The translations under genes were made by a program, and so were the position numbers. DNA of 64,000 bases from an uncultured Actinomycetota bacterium (lineage in GTDB: Bacteria > Actinomycetota > Actinomycetes > Propionibacteriales > Nocardioidaceae), in NCBI GenBank assembly GCA_963753705.1, contig CAVWDJ010000002.1, forward strand, positions 437,195 through 501,194, written 5' to 3'. Of this stretch, positions 49,154 to 57,578 are shown one piece after another (within the stretch, counting starts at the first letter, position 1; each line of letters begins with the position of its first letter). The notes beneath the pieces are model-generated. The model saw only the letters and a list, made by a program, of their open reading frames with translations, was not told the DNA's origin and did no database searches.

Positions 49154-50241
49154 CCGTCCCCGCCCGCACGCTGCACGCCGTCCTGCCTGCCGGGATCGAC
49201 GATCCGGCCAGGCCCAGCGGCGGCAACGTCTACGACCGCCGGAGCCTCGACGGCCTGCGCACCCTCGGCTGGTCGGTCGTCGAGCACGAGGTCGGCGGCG
49301 ACTGGCCGCGCCCCGACCTGGCCGACCTGGCCCGCCTGTCGCTGCTGCTCGACGAGCTGCCCGACGGCGCCCTGCTGCTCGTCGACGGCCTCGTCGCCTC
49401 GGCGGCGGCCTCGGTCCTGCCGGCGGCGTCGACGCGGCTCCGGGTCGTGGTCCTGCTCCACCTGCCGCTCGGGCCGGGCGCGGCCGAGGAGACGGTGCTG
49501 GCCTCGGCGGCTGCGGTCGTCACGACGAGCGAGTGGGCCCGCACCCAGGTGCGCTCGTGGTACGGCCTCCGCCACGTGTACGCCGTGCGGCCCGGCACCG
49601 ACGCGGCGCCTCTCGCGTCGGGCACCGGGACCGGGGAGGCGCTCCTGTGCGTCGCGACCGTGCATCCCGGCAAGGGCCACGACCTCCTCCTGGAGGCCCT
49701 GGACCGACTGGGCGACCGCCCGTGGACGCTGGTCTGCGCCGGCTCGCTCGATGTCGACCCCGACCACGCCGCCGCCGTCCAGGCGCAGGTGTACGCCCGC
49801 CGATGGGAGCGCAGGGTGACCTTCACGGGCCCGCTGGTCGGCTCAGCACTCGAGGCGGCGTACGACCTGGCCGACGTGGTGGTGCTGCCGTCACGCGGCG
49901 AGAGCTTCGGGATGGTCGTGACCGAGGCGTTGGCCCACGGACTCCCGGTCGTCGCGACGCGGACGGGTGGTGTGCCCGAGGCCCTCGGACGTGCTCCGGG
50001 TGGCGCGCTTCCCGGGTTGCTCGTGGCTCCCGACGACCCCACAGCCCTGGCCGACGGTCTGGCGCGATGGCTCGACGAGCGGCACCTGCGCGACCGGCTC
50101 CGTCGCGCGGCCGCGCTGCGTCGACCGACCCTCTCGGGCTGGGACCACACGGCCGCAGACCTCGCCGACGTCCTGGCCGGCGTCGGCGGCAGGGTCGCCG
50201 CCGGTGGCCCTGCCCGGGCCGACGTCGGGAGCCGACGATGA
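49150..50241 (+). CDS. GT4 (GT-B) glycosyltransferase
   Basis: [45 protein letters not shown]. Confidence 0.9.
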   Translation: MTVPARTLHAVLPAGIDDPARPSGGNVYDRRSLDGLRTLGWSVVEHEVGGDWPRPDLADLARLSLLLDELPDGALLLVDGLVASAAASVLPAASTRLRVVVLLHLPLGPGAAEETVLASAAAVVTTSEWARTQVRSWYGLRHVYAVRPGTDAAPLASGTGTGEALLCVATVHPGKGHDLLLEALDRLGDRPWTLVCAGSLDVDPDHAAAVQAQVYARRWERRVTFTGPLVGSALEAAYDLADVVVLPSRGESFGMVVTEALAHGLPVVATRTGGVPEALGRAPGGALPGLLVAPDDPTALADGLARWLDERHLRDRLRRAAALRRPTLSGWDHTAADLADVLAGVGGRVAAGGPARADVGSRR

Positions 50242-51200
50242 GCCTGCCGACCGTGCCGCCGAGGGTCCGCTCGGCCTGGCCGTGGCTCCGCGTCGTCGGC
50301 GGGGTCGCCGTCCTGGCCGCACTGCTGTGGCAGTTCGGGACCGGCCCCTTCGCGGAGGCGTGGCACGTCACCACCTGGCCTGCGGTGCTCGGCGCGCTGG
50401 TCCTGACCGCCGCGTCCACCCTGACCTCGGCCTGGCGCTGGCGCACCGTCGCCCGGGCGTACGGCGTACCACTGACGCCTCGCGAGTCCCTCACCGCCTA
50501 CTACCGTTCGCAGTTCCTCAACGCCACCCTGCCCGGCGGCATCCTGGGCGACGCCCACCGCGCCGTGCGGCACGGTCGCGAGGTCGGCGACGTGACCTCA
50601 GGGGTCCGGGCGACGGTGTGGGAGCGCGTGTCCGGCCAGGTCGTCCAGCTCGCGCTGCTGCTCGTCGTCCTGACCACCCTCGCCTCCCCGATGCGACCCC
50701 TGGCGCCGCTCGCCGCGGGCGGCCTGCTCGTGGTGGCCGTCGCGGGCTGGCTGGTGCTCAGGCGGGGCGGGCGGACGGCAGGTGACCTCCGCGCCCTGGG
50801 CGCCCCGGGCACCCTGGTCCGCATCGCGGGCGCCTCGTGCGGCTCGTCCCTGGGTCATCTCGCCGTGTTCCTGCTGGCGGTGCGTGCCGTCGGCGTCGAC
50901 GCGCCGTGGACCGTGCTGGTCGCGACCGGGCTCGTGGTGATGGTCGGCTCGTCGATCCCGGTCAACGTCGCCGGATGGGGGCCGCGCGAGGGCCTCACCG
51001 CCTGGGCGTTCGGCCTGGCCGGCCTCGGGTCGGCCGCGGGCCTGACCGTCTCCGTGGTGTACGGCGTGCTGGCGGCCGTCGCGACCCTGCCCGGGGCCCT
51101 GGTGCTGGTCGCCGACGCCACGGCCCGACGAGGTCGTGCGACAGTGGAGGTCCCAGAACCCGTACCGGCCGGACAGCTGGAGGGAGTGCGCCGTGGCTGA
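50238..51200 (+). CDS. Lysylphosphatidylglycerol-synthase-TM / UPF0104 flippase-like membrane protein
   Basis: AWRWR, YYRSQFLNATLPGGILGDAHRA, ERVSG, PVNVAGWGPREG. Confidence 0.88.
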   Translation: MSLPTVPPRVRSAWPWLRVVGGVAVLAALLWQFGTGPFAEAWHVTTWPAVLGALVLTAASTLTSAWRWRTVARAYGVPLTPRESLTAYYRSQFLNATLPGGILGDAHRAVRHGREVGDVTSGVRATVWERVSGQVVQLALLLVVLTTLASPMRPLAPLAAGGLLVVAVAGWLVLRRGGRTAGDLRALGAPGTLVRIAGASCGSSLGHLAVFLLAVRAVGVDAPWTVLVATGLVVMVGSSIPVNVAGWGPREGLTAWAFGLAGLGSAAGLTVSVVYGVLAAVATLPGALVLVADATARRGRATVEVPEPVPAGQLEGVRRG

Positions 51201-51909
51201 GCGCCCCTACACCCTGCTGAGCTGCAGCATGTCGATCGACGGCTACATCGACGGCGCGTCCGAGAGCCGCCTGATGCTGTCCAACGAGCTCGACTTCGAG
51301 CGCGTCGACCGGGTCCGCGCCGGCGTCGACGCGATCCTGGTCGGGGCGACGACGGTGCGCAACGACAACCCGAGGCTGCTGGTGCGTGACCCCGCACGAC
51401 GCAGGCACCGCGTCCGGCGGGGCCTGCCGGAGAGCCCGACCAAGGTCACGGTCACCGAGCGTGGCCGCCTCGACCCGTCGTCACGCTTCTTCGCCGACGA
51501 CGGCGCCGACAAGCTGGTGTACGGCAGCAGCTGCGTGGTCGACCTGCTCGAGCGGCGGGTAGGCCACCTCACGGAGGTCGTCGACGGCGGCGAGCCGGTG
51601 CGGATGCGCGAGCTGGCCGAGGACCTGCACGGACGCGGCGTACGCCGGCTCATGGTCGAGGGCGGAGGCGCCGTCCACACGCAGTTCCTCGCCGACGACC
51701 TGGTCGACGAGCTCCAGCTCGTGGTGGCACCGTTCTTCGTCGGTGAGCCCGGGGCCCGTCGCTTCGTGGGCGAAGGGCACTTCCCCTGGCATCCCGGACG
51801 CCGGGCCCGACTGGCCGCGACCGAGCAGATCGGTGACGTGGTCCTGCTGCGCTACGCGCTCTCCGAGCGTTACGACGAGACGCCCGACTTGGCCCGCCCG
51901 GTCCGCTGA
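51193..51909 (+). CDS. RibD C-terminal-like pyrimidine reductase
   Basis: SCSMSIDGYID, DAILVGATTVRNDNPRL, RLMVEGGG, DLVDELQLVVAPFFVG. Confidence 0.88.
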   Translation: MAERPYTLLSCSMSIDGYIDGASESRLMLSNELDFERVDRVRAGVDAILVGATTVRNDNPRLLVRDPARRRHRVRRGLPESPTKVTVTERGRLDPSSRFFADDGADKLVYGSSCVVDLLERRVGHLTEVVDGGEPVRMRELAEDLHGRGVRRLMVEGGGAVHTQFLADDLVDELQLVVAPFFVGEPGARRFVGEGHFPWHPGRRARLAATEQIGDVVLLRYALSERYDETPDLARPVR

Positions 51910-52304
51910 GGGGTCTCGGCCCGACGACGGCCACCGCGCGGGCGGGGCGCAGCGGGCACCGGGTCCTCGAGCAGGATCGCCAGGGCGCCGGCGATCGCGA
52001 CGAGCTCGGCGATCGCGGCCGCCCAGACGTAGAAGCCCTCCCAGTGCTCGTGGGTGCCGTAGAGGCCGACCGTGGCGGCGAGCGTGAACGCGCCCAGCGT
52101 GCACACCCCGAAGCAGGCCGCGAGCACGGCGGGTGCCCAGTGCCGCCACCGGACGAGCAGGGCAGCGATGGCCAGCCCGCCCACGACGTTGACCAGGAAC
52201 GCGGGTCCGATCACGTGGACGTCCCGCATGCCCTGGAACCACAAGGTGAGGTGGATGGCCATCGAGGCGAGCACGGCTGCGGCCGTGATGTAGCGCAAGG
52301 TCAT
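51870..52304 (-). CDS. Small 4-TM His-containing membrane protein, paralog B
   Basis: 67/111 identical to paralog A in an ungapped hand alignment; ATG 52304. Confidence 0.85.
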   Translation of the reverse strand: MTLRYITAAAVLASMAIHLTLWFQGMRDVHVIGPAFLVNVVGGLAIAALLVRWRHWAPAVLAACFGVCTLGAFTLAATVGLYGTHEHWEGFYVWAAAIAELVAIAGALAILLEDPVPAAPRPRGGRRRAETPQRTGRAKSGVSS

Positions 52305-52347
52305 GACAGGGGCCCTCTCTTCGCTGCGCGAGGCGTCAGCTGACGAC

Positions 52348-52375
52348 GACACGTTCGGGGGCCGTGTCCGGTGTG
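52348..52375 (-). promoter_or_regulatory. Degenerate SigL-type promoter for paralog B
   Basis: CACACC-N16-CGTGTC; same -10 element and spacer as the paralog A promoter. Confidence 0.45.
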
Positions 52376-52675
52376 CGGTGTGCTCGCCAGATCATCCCCT
52401 GCCGAGGGGTGTCCGCGCTGGAGAATCGGAGACTCTCCCGCACGGGGCTGCGTCCATGGACGACACCCCGCTCAGCGCGGCCGAGCTCGCGCAACGCGTG
52501 GCTGTCGGGGACACGTCGCCTGCGGAGCGTCCTTGACGGGCGTCGACCGCGGGTTCTCCACGCGTTCCCCCGTCCATCTCCTCGTCCTCTCCATGGAAGC
52601 CCGAGAGGTCTCGGCGAGCCTGTGAGCGCTATCCAGGCCACGGGGGTCTGGTGTCAACCACACCAGGGAGTACAG

Positions 52676-53302
52676 ATGAGGATCAACCGACGAACGCTGG
52701 CCGCCACGGGCGCGGCGGCACTGGCGACCGGCGCGGCGGTCGTGGGGGCGACCCACGCCGACGCCGCGGCCCAGAAGAACGTCTTCGCCATGCACCGCTC
52801 GCCCGGCATCGTCGCGGCAGGCTGCCTGCCCCACGCCAAGGCGAGGGTGGTCGTGCAGAACCAGGGGCCCGTGGAGGTGATGAAGATCCACGCGTCGGGT
52901 CTGCCCAAGCACACCGACTTCGACCTGTTCGTCATCCAGGTGCCCAACGCTCCGTTCGGCATCGGTTGGTACCAGGGTGACCTGGAGACCAACAAGAAGG
53001 GGGAGGCCGACGGCACCTTCGTCGGTCGGTTCAGCCAGGAGACCTTCGCGGTCGCCCCGGGCACGGCCCCGGCGCCCTCGGTGCACGACGGACCCTTCCC
53101 CGACGCCACGACGAACCCGGCCTTCGGCCCGATCCACACGTTCCACCTCGGACTGTGGTTCAACTCGCCGCGGGCTGCGGGCAAGGCGGGCTGCCCGACG
53201 GCCGTGACGCCGTTCAACGGCGAGCACAATGCCGGAGTCCAGGCGCTCAACACCGCCGCGTTCCCCGACGCGAAGGGCCCGCTCGGTCGGCTGAAGCCCT
53301 GA
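52676..53302 (+). CDS. Secreted 208-aa hypothetical protein (possible Tat signal)
   Basis: MRINRRTLAA...ATHADA; aromatic beta-rich body with two Cys. RBS GGGAG; strong high-GC codon pattern. Confidence 0.8.
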   Translation: MRINRRTLAATGAAALATGAAVVGATHADAAAQKNVFAMHRSPGIVAAGCLPHAKARVVVQNQGPVEVMKIHASGLPKHTDFDLFVIQVPNAPFGIGWYQGDLETNKKGEADGTFVGRFSQETFAVAPGTAPAPSVHDGPFPDATTNPAFGPIHTFHLGLWFNSPRAAGKAGCPTAVTPFNGEHNAGVQALNTAAFPDAKGPLGRLKP

Positions 53303-53324
53303 GCCTCCGGTCCGCCGTAGCGGT

Positions 53325-53366
53325 CGTCCGCCCCACGTCGTGCTCCGGTACGGCGTGGGGCGGACG
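53325..53366. terminator. 13-bp hairpin between convergent genes
   Basis: CGTCCGCCCCACG (53325-53337) / CGTGGGGCGGACG (53354-53366). Confidence 0.7.
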
Positions 53367-53378
53367 TGTGCGACGGGC

Positions 53379-54137
53379 TCAGCCGGCCTCGAGATCGGGT
53401 CCCATGACGCGGAACGCGACGCCAGCCGGGTCACGCAGCTCCGCGATCCGGCCGTACGGCGTGTCCTCGGCTGCCAGCGCGACCTCCGCGCCGGATGCCA
53501 CGGCCCGTGCCACGGTCTCGTCGGTGTCCTCCACCTGGAGGTAGACGTTCCACCGCGAGCGCTCGCCGCCGAGGAAGGCCGAGCCGTCCATGATCCCGGC
53601 CCGCGCGTCCTGGTCGACCCCCAGCGTCGTGTAACGGAACTCGGGGGAGTCGCTGACCACGTGCGTGTCCCAGCCGAACGCGTCCTGGTAGAAGGCCACC
53701 GCGTCGTCGTAGCCGGTGCTGAGCGTCTCGAACCAACCGGGTGCGCCGACCGCCGCCCGCGTCTGGAAGCCGGGGAAGCCGTCGGGCTGCCAGGCGCCGA
53801 CGAGTGCACCGGCCGGGTCCACCAGGCTGGTCATCGAGCCCAGGTCGGCGACCTGCATGACGTCGGTCGCGATCACGGCCCCCCGGGCGCGGGCCCTGTC
53901 GACGGTCGCCGCGATGTCGGGAGTCTGGAGGAACACCTCCCACACGTCGGGCTCCGAGGTGTCGTTGGGCATCAGCCCGGCGATCGGCTCGTCGCCCCGC
54001 AGGAACATCCGGTAGCCGCCGTACTCCTCGCTCGGCTCGCCGACCGACCACCCGAACAGCCCGCCGTAGAACGACACCGCGGTGTCGACGTCGGCGGTGA
54101 AGAGGTGGATCCAGCAGGGCTCCCCGGTGGTGGTCAT
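53379..54137 (-). CDS. Two-domain VOC/glyoxalase family protein
   Basis: GEPCWIHL...FYGGLFGW...DLGSMTSLVDPAGA; second repeat APGWFE...PYGRIAELRDPAG. Confidence 0.9.
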   Translation of the reverse strand: MTTTGEPCWIHLFTADVDTAVSFYGGLFGWSVGEPSEEYGGYRMFLRGDEPIAGLMPNDTSEPDVWEVFLQTPDIAATVDRARARGAVIATDVMQVADLGSMTSLVDPAGALVGAWQPDGFPGFQTRAAVGAPGWFETLSTGYDDAVAFYQDAFGWDTHVVSDSPEFRYTTLGVDQDARAGIMDGSAFLGGERSRWNVYLQVEDTDETVARAVASGAEVALAAEDTPYGRIAELRDPAGVAFRVMGPDLEAG

Positions 54138-54148
54138 GGCGCTTCTCC

Positions 54149-54994
54149 TCAGAGGGTGGGGTTCGCGAGCAGGTGCGACGCGACGACGGGGGCGGTGACC
54201 TTCGCCTTGATCATGTGGGTCTGGCGCGGGAGCGTCTCGAGGTGGCCGTCGGGGAGGGCTCCCGCCAGCGCAGCCTGGGCGTTCTGCAGGTAGGCCGGGC
54301 TCTTGCCGCCGGCGATGACCAGGGTCGGCTGGGGGACCGCGTCGTACAGGCCCTCCGGCAGGGGTCGTCCCTGCTCGTGGGCGATGACCAGCGACAGGTC
54401 GTAGGGCAAGGTGTGGGCGACGGCGGTCAGCTTCTTCCAGACCGGCAGGACGCGCATGACCGCCACCATCGGCGCGGGCGCACCGACCGTGCGCAGGAAC
54501 AGCGTCACCGCACCGCCGCGGTCACCGGCGTCGACGAGCGCCCGCAGCCGGGCGGGCAGCTCCGGGTCGTTGGGCGCACGCGTGTCGTCGACGATGAACG
54601 GCGCCTCGTAGGCGACGATCCGGTCGATCGGCACGCCTCGGGCTGCTGCTGCGAGGGTGAGCGCGACACCCGACGAGGCCGCGAACACGTGGGCGTGGCC
54701 TCCTGCCACCGCGATCACCGCGGCCAGGTCCTCGACCTCGCGCTCGGCGTCGTACGACGTCTCGCCCTGGCCACTCTCGCCACGACCTCGACGGTCGTAG
54801 GCGTGGACGGTGAACGAGGGGGAGAGCCGTGCGGCCAGCGGACGGGCGGGGCCCATGCTGCGCTGGCAGAGCGCGCCGTCGACGAGCACCAGGGCGGGGC
54901 CTGAGCCGGTCACCTCGTAGGCGATCCGGGTGCCGTCGGCGGACGTGGCGAAGCGGGTGGTGCTGGGCTCCGTGGATGGGGCGGTGGTGGTCAT
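54149..54994 (-). CDS. Alpha/beta hydrolase-fold protein
   Basis: SADGTRIAYEVTGSGPALVLVDGA, YDRRGRGES, nucleophile elbow AASSG, QTH. ATG 54994 after AGGAG. Confidence 0.88.
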   Translation of the reverse strand: MTTTAPSTEPSTTRFATSADGTRIAYEVTGSGPALVLVDGALCQRSMGPARPLAARLSPSFTVHAYDRRGRGESGQGETSYDAEREVEDLAAVIAVAGGHAHVFAASSGVALTLAAAARGVPIDRIVAYEAPFIVDDTRAPNDPELPARLRALVDAGDRGGAVTLFLRTVGAPAPMVAVMRVLPVWKKLTAVAHTLPYDLSLVIAHEQGRPLPEGLYDAVPQPTLVIAGGKSPAYLQNAQAALAGALPDGHLETLPRQTHMIKAKVTAPVVASHLLANPTL

Positions 54995-55027
54995 CTCTGC
55001 TCCTGGGTGAGATCGAGTCACCCCTTC

Positions 55028-55054
55028 GTCGAACGACGGTGGCAGTTTTCGACG
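55028..55054 (-). promoter_or_regulatory. ECF42-type promoter for the hydrolase-VOC operon
   Basis: Minus strand CGTCGA-N17-CGAC. Confidence 0.6.
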
Positions 55055-55090
55055 CGGAGGGGAAGGGATTCGGAGGGGCGCAGCCGCCAG

Positions 55091-56371
55091 TCAGCCGTGC
55101 GACCGCGCCTGTTCGGCCCGCCCGAGCAGGAGGGTCCGCTCGCCGCCGTTCGACGTCAGCCCGGCGGCCTCGATGAAGGCAGCCGCTGCCTCCTCGGACC
55201 GGCCCAGGCGCTCGAGCAGGTCTCCGCGGACGCTGGGCACCAGGTGGGAGCCGGCCAGTGCCGGGTCCGAGGCGACGGCGTCGAGGACGGCCAGGCCGGC
55301 CTCGGGCCCGGCGGCGCGGCCGTGGGCCACGGCACGATTGACCTCCACGACGGGGTTGTCGCCGACCTGGGCCAGCACGTCGTACCACCCGGCGATCGCG
55401 GCCCAGTCGGTCTCGCCGGCCGTCTGGGCCCGGGCATGGCAGGCGGCGATCTGCGCCTGGATCACGTAGGACCCGATGGGTCGGCCGGCCGCGCTCGCGG
55501 CCATGGCCCGGTCGAGGCTCGCGAGCCCGCGGCGGATCAGCAGGGCGTCCCACGTCGCGCGGTCCTGGTCGTCGAGCAGGACCGGCCGGCCCTCGTGGTC
55601 CGTACGGGCGTGCAGCCGCGAGGCGTGCAGCTCCATCAGGGCCAGGAGCCCGTGCACGTCGGGCTCGAGCGGGGCCAGGCCGGCCAGCATGCGAGCCAGC
55701 CGGATCGCCTCGACGCAGAGGTCGGGGCGCATCCAGTCGTCGCCGGACGTAGCGGCGTACCCCTCGTTGAAGATCAGGTAGAGCACGCCCATCACGTCGT
55801 CGAGCCGCTCCTCGCGCTCGCGGCCGACGGGCAGCTCGAAGGACTCACCGGCGAGCGCCTTCTTCGCGCGAGAGATGCGCTGGCCGACGGTGGCGTCCTT
55901 GGTCAGGAAGGCCCGCGCGATCTCGGGCACCGTGAGGCCGCCGACGAGGCGCAGAGTGAGCGCCGCGCGGCTCTCGGGGGACAGGGCGGGATGGCAGGTC
56001 AGGAAGATCAGGCGCAGCACGTCGTCGTCGATGTGGTCGACGAACGCATCGAGGTCGGGCATGTGCACCTCCTCCCGCTCCTGCAGGGCATGGCCGAGCT
56101 CCGCCGTACGGCGACGCAGGGTGTCGGCGCGCCGGAAGTGGTCGATGGCGCGCCGCTTCGCGGTCTGCATGAGCCAGGCCGCGGGGTTGTCGGGGACTCC
56201 CTCGCGGGGCCACTGCTGGAGGGCGGCGACGAGAGCGTCCTGGGCGAGGTCCTCGGCCAGGCCGAGGTCGCGAGTCATCCGGGTGAGGGCACCGACGAGC
56301 CGTGCGGACTCGTCGCGCCACACTCGCTGGATCGTGTCCTCGGTGGACTGGGTGGTCCCCGCCTCTCTCAC
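55091..56371 (-). CDS. ECF42-type sigma factor with C-terminal TPR-like extension
   Basis: AEDLAQDAL...WPREGVPDNPAAWL, DDVLRLIFLTCHPAL, LRLVGGL, LYLIFNEGY, YVIQAQIAACH, PVVEVNRAVA. Confidence 0.9.
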   Translation of the reverse strand: MREAGTTQSTEDTIQRVWRDESARLVGALTRMTRDLGLAEDLAQDALVAALQQWPREGVPDNPAAWLMQTAKRRAIDHFRRADTLRRRTAELGHALQEREEVHMPDLDAFVDHIDDDVLRLIFLTCHPALSPESRAALTLRLVGGLTVPEIARAFLTKDATVGQRISRAKKALAGESFELPVGREREERLDDVMGVLYLIFNEGYAATSGDDWMRPDLCVEAIRLARMLAGLAPLEPDVHGLLALMELHASRLHARTDHEGRPVLLDDQDRATWDALLIRRGLASLDRAMAASAAGRPIGSYVIQAQIAACHARAQTAGETDWAAIAGWYDVLAQVGDNPVVEVNRAVAHGRAAGPEAGLAVLDAVASDPALAGSHLVPSVRGDLLERLGRSEEAAAAFIEAAGLTSNGGERTLLLGRAEQARSHG

Positions 56372-56399
56372 ACGGTGAGACTAGGACCACCCGACGACG

Positions 56400-56774
56400 T
56401 CACGCTCCAGCCGGTCCCTCGTCGGGTTCGGAGATCCGGCGCATCTCGATGGCGCCCTCCCAGCCCGGCCAGTGCTGCAGGTGGAGATCGGCCATCGTCT
56501 GACCCTCGGCCCGGGCCTCCTCCTCGGTGTCGAAGGTGACGATGGCCCAGCCGCCGATGACCTCCTTGGCCTCGGCGTAGGGACCGTCGGTGACGGTCAC
56601 GGTGCCGCCGCGCACGCGCCACTCGACGGCCTCCTTCGCGCCGTACAGACCGCCGCCGTCGACGAACGAGCCGTTGGCGATGGCCTCGCCGACGTGCTCG
56701 CCCATGGCGTCCATGATCGCCTGGGGTGGGTCCGCCAGGGACTCGTTCATCTTGACGAAGCACAGGTAACGCAT
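56400..56774 (-). CDS. YciI/DGPF-family protein
   Basis: VTVTDGPYAEAKEVIGGW...IEMRRI, directly upstream of the ECF42 gene. Confidence 0.9.
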   Translation of the reverse strand: MRYLCFVKMNESLADPPQAIMDAMGEHVGEAIANGSFVDGGGLYGAKEAVEWRVRGGTVTVTDGPYAEAKEVIGGWAIVTFDTEEEARAEGQTMADLHLQHWPGWEGAIEMRRISEPDEGPAGA

Positions 56775-56813
56775 CGCGATGTCCTCTCGTGGTGCCGGTG
56801 GGTCTGCCCCTAC

Positions 56814-56840
56814 GTCGAACGGCGCTCGCCGCTTTCGACA
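56814..56840 (-). promoter_or_regulatory. ECF42-type promoter for DGPF-sigma operon
   Basis: Minus strand TGTCGA-N17-CGAC. Confidence 0.7.
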
Positions 56841-56898
56841 CGGCTCCACGTCTTTCTCCCACACACCTGCGTCCAGCGCCACGGCGTGCGCCTGACGC

Positions 56899-57162
56899 TC
56901 AGAACCAGAGAGCCGTCTCGGTGTCGCCGTTGCCGTACGTGCACCGGAACCCGAGCGGCTGCCAGCTCCATCCGTAGGACACCGACGTGCGTACGCTGTC
57001 CGGACCGTCGGCCCCACACGCCGACTCCATCCGCCACCACCCGACGCGGATGTAGAGAGCCGTCGCGACGAGCAGCACGACGAACGCAGCGGAGGCCGCG
57101 AGGAGCCGGACGAGAGCCGACGACCCTGCCCGGCCGGCGTACGGAACACCGACGTCAGCCAT
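56899..57162 (-). CDS. Small hypothetical membrane protein (87 aa)
   Basis: One TM, then a Cys pair (AC...FRC) and a Trp-rich segment. Confidence 0.55.
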   Translation of the reverse strand: MADVGVPYAGRAGSSALVRLLAASAAFVVLLVATALYIRVGWWRMESACGADGPDSVRTSVSYGWSWQPLGFRCTYGNGDTETALWF

Positions 57163-57279
57163 GAGGCGATCCTGTCAGTGGTGCGCGCACGACGTGCCAC
57201 CACTCGCCACCTCCCTCGTGCCGCCGCCCGGTTCTCCGGCATCCCGATCCGCGGAGGCGCCCTCTGGCACCATGTCCGC

Positions 57280-57561
57280 ATGACGCTGGAAGACTTCACC
57301 AGACGCCTGGGGACGGTCTTGGCAGCGAGCAGCCTGGGGGTGCTCGTCGTCGCTCTGCTGGTCGCGGCCGCCGGGGCGAATGCGACTCCGGAGGTGGCGA
57401 CTCTGCACCACTTGTTCGGCATCGCCTTGACCGTGCTGGGTCTCGTGATGTTGGTCGTCGGCCTGGCGCTGGCGTCGATGGTCTCTGCCCCGCGGAGGCC
57501 CTCCCACCGGGGCGGAAGCCATCAGCGCGCCGGGGTGGACGAGACCCACAGGGCCGACTGA
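57280..57561 (+). CDS. Small 2-TM hypothetical protein
   Basis: MTLEDFTRRLGTVLAASSLGVLVVALL...LFGIALTVLGLVMLVVGL. Confidence 0.5.
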   Translation: MTLEDFTRRLGTVLAASSLGVLVVALLVAAAGANATPEVATLHHLFGIALTVLGLVMLVVGLALASMVSAPRRPSHRGGSHQRAGVDETHRAD

Positions 57562-57578
57562 GCGCAGCTGCGCCTGAG

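Noticed and set aside
50190-50280. EPADRAA in an alternate frame at the GT4/flippase junction as a remnant of a deleted SAM methyltransferase (REPADAAAR-type N-terminus)
   Set aside because: Only a few residues match in GC-rich sequence, and the two flanking genes already overlap cleanly (ATGA); consistent with chance.
52625-52660. Sixth SigL-type promoter before the secreted protein (CTATCC-N15-GGTGTC)
   Set aside because: Both boxes mismatch and the spacer is off by one.
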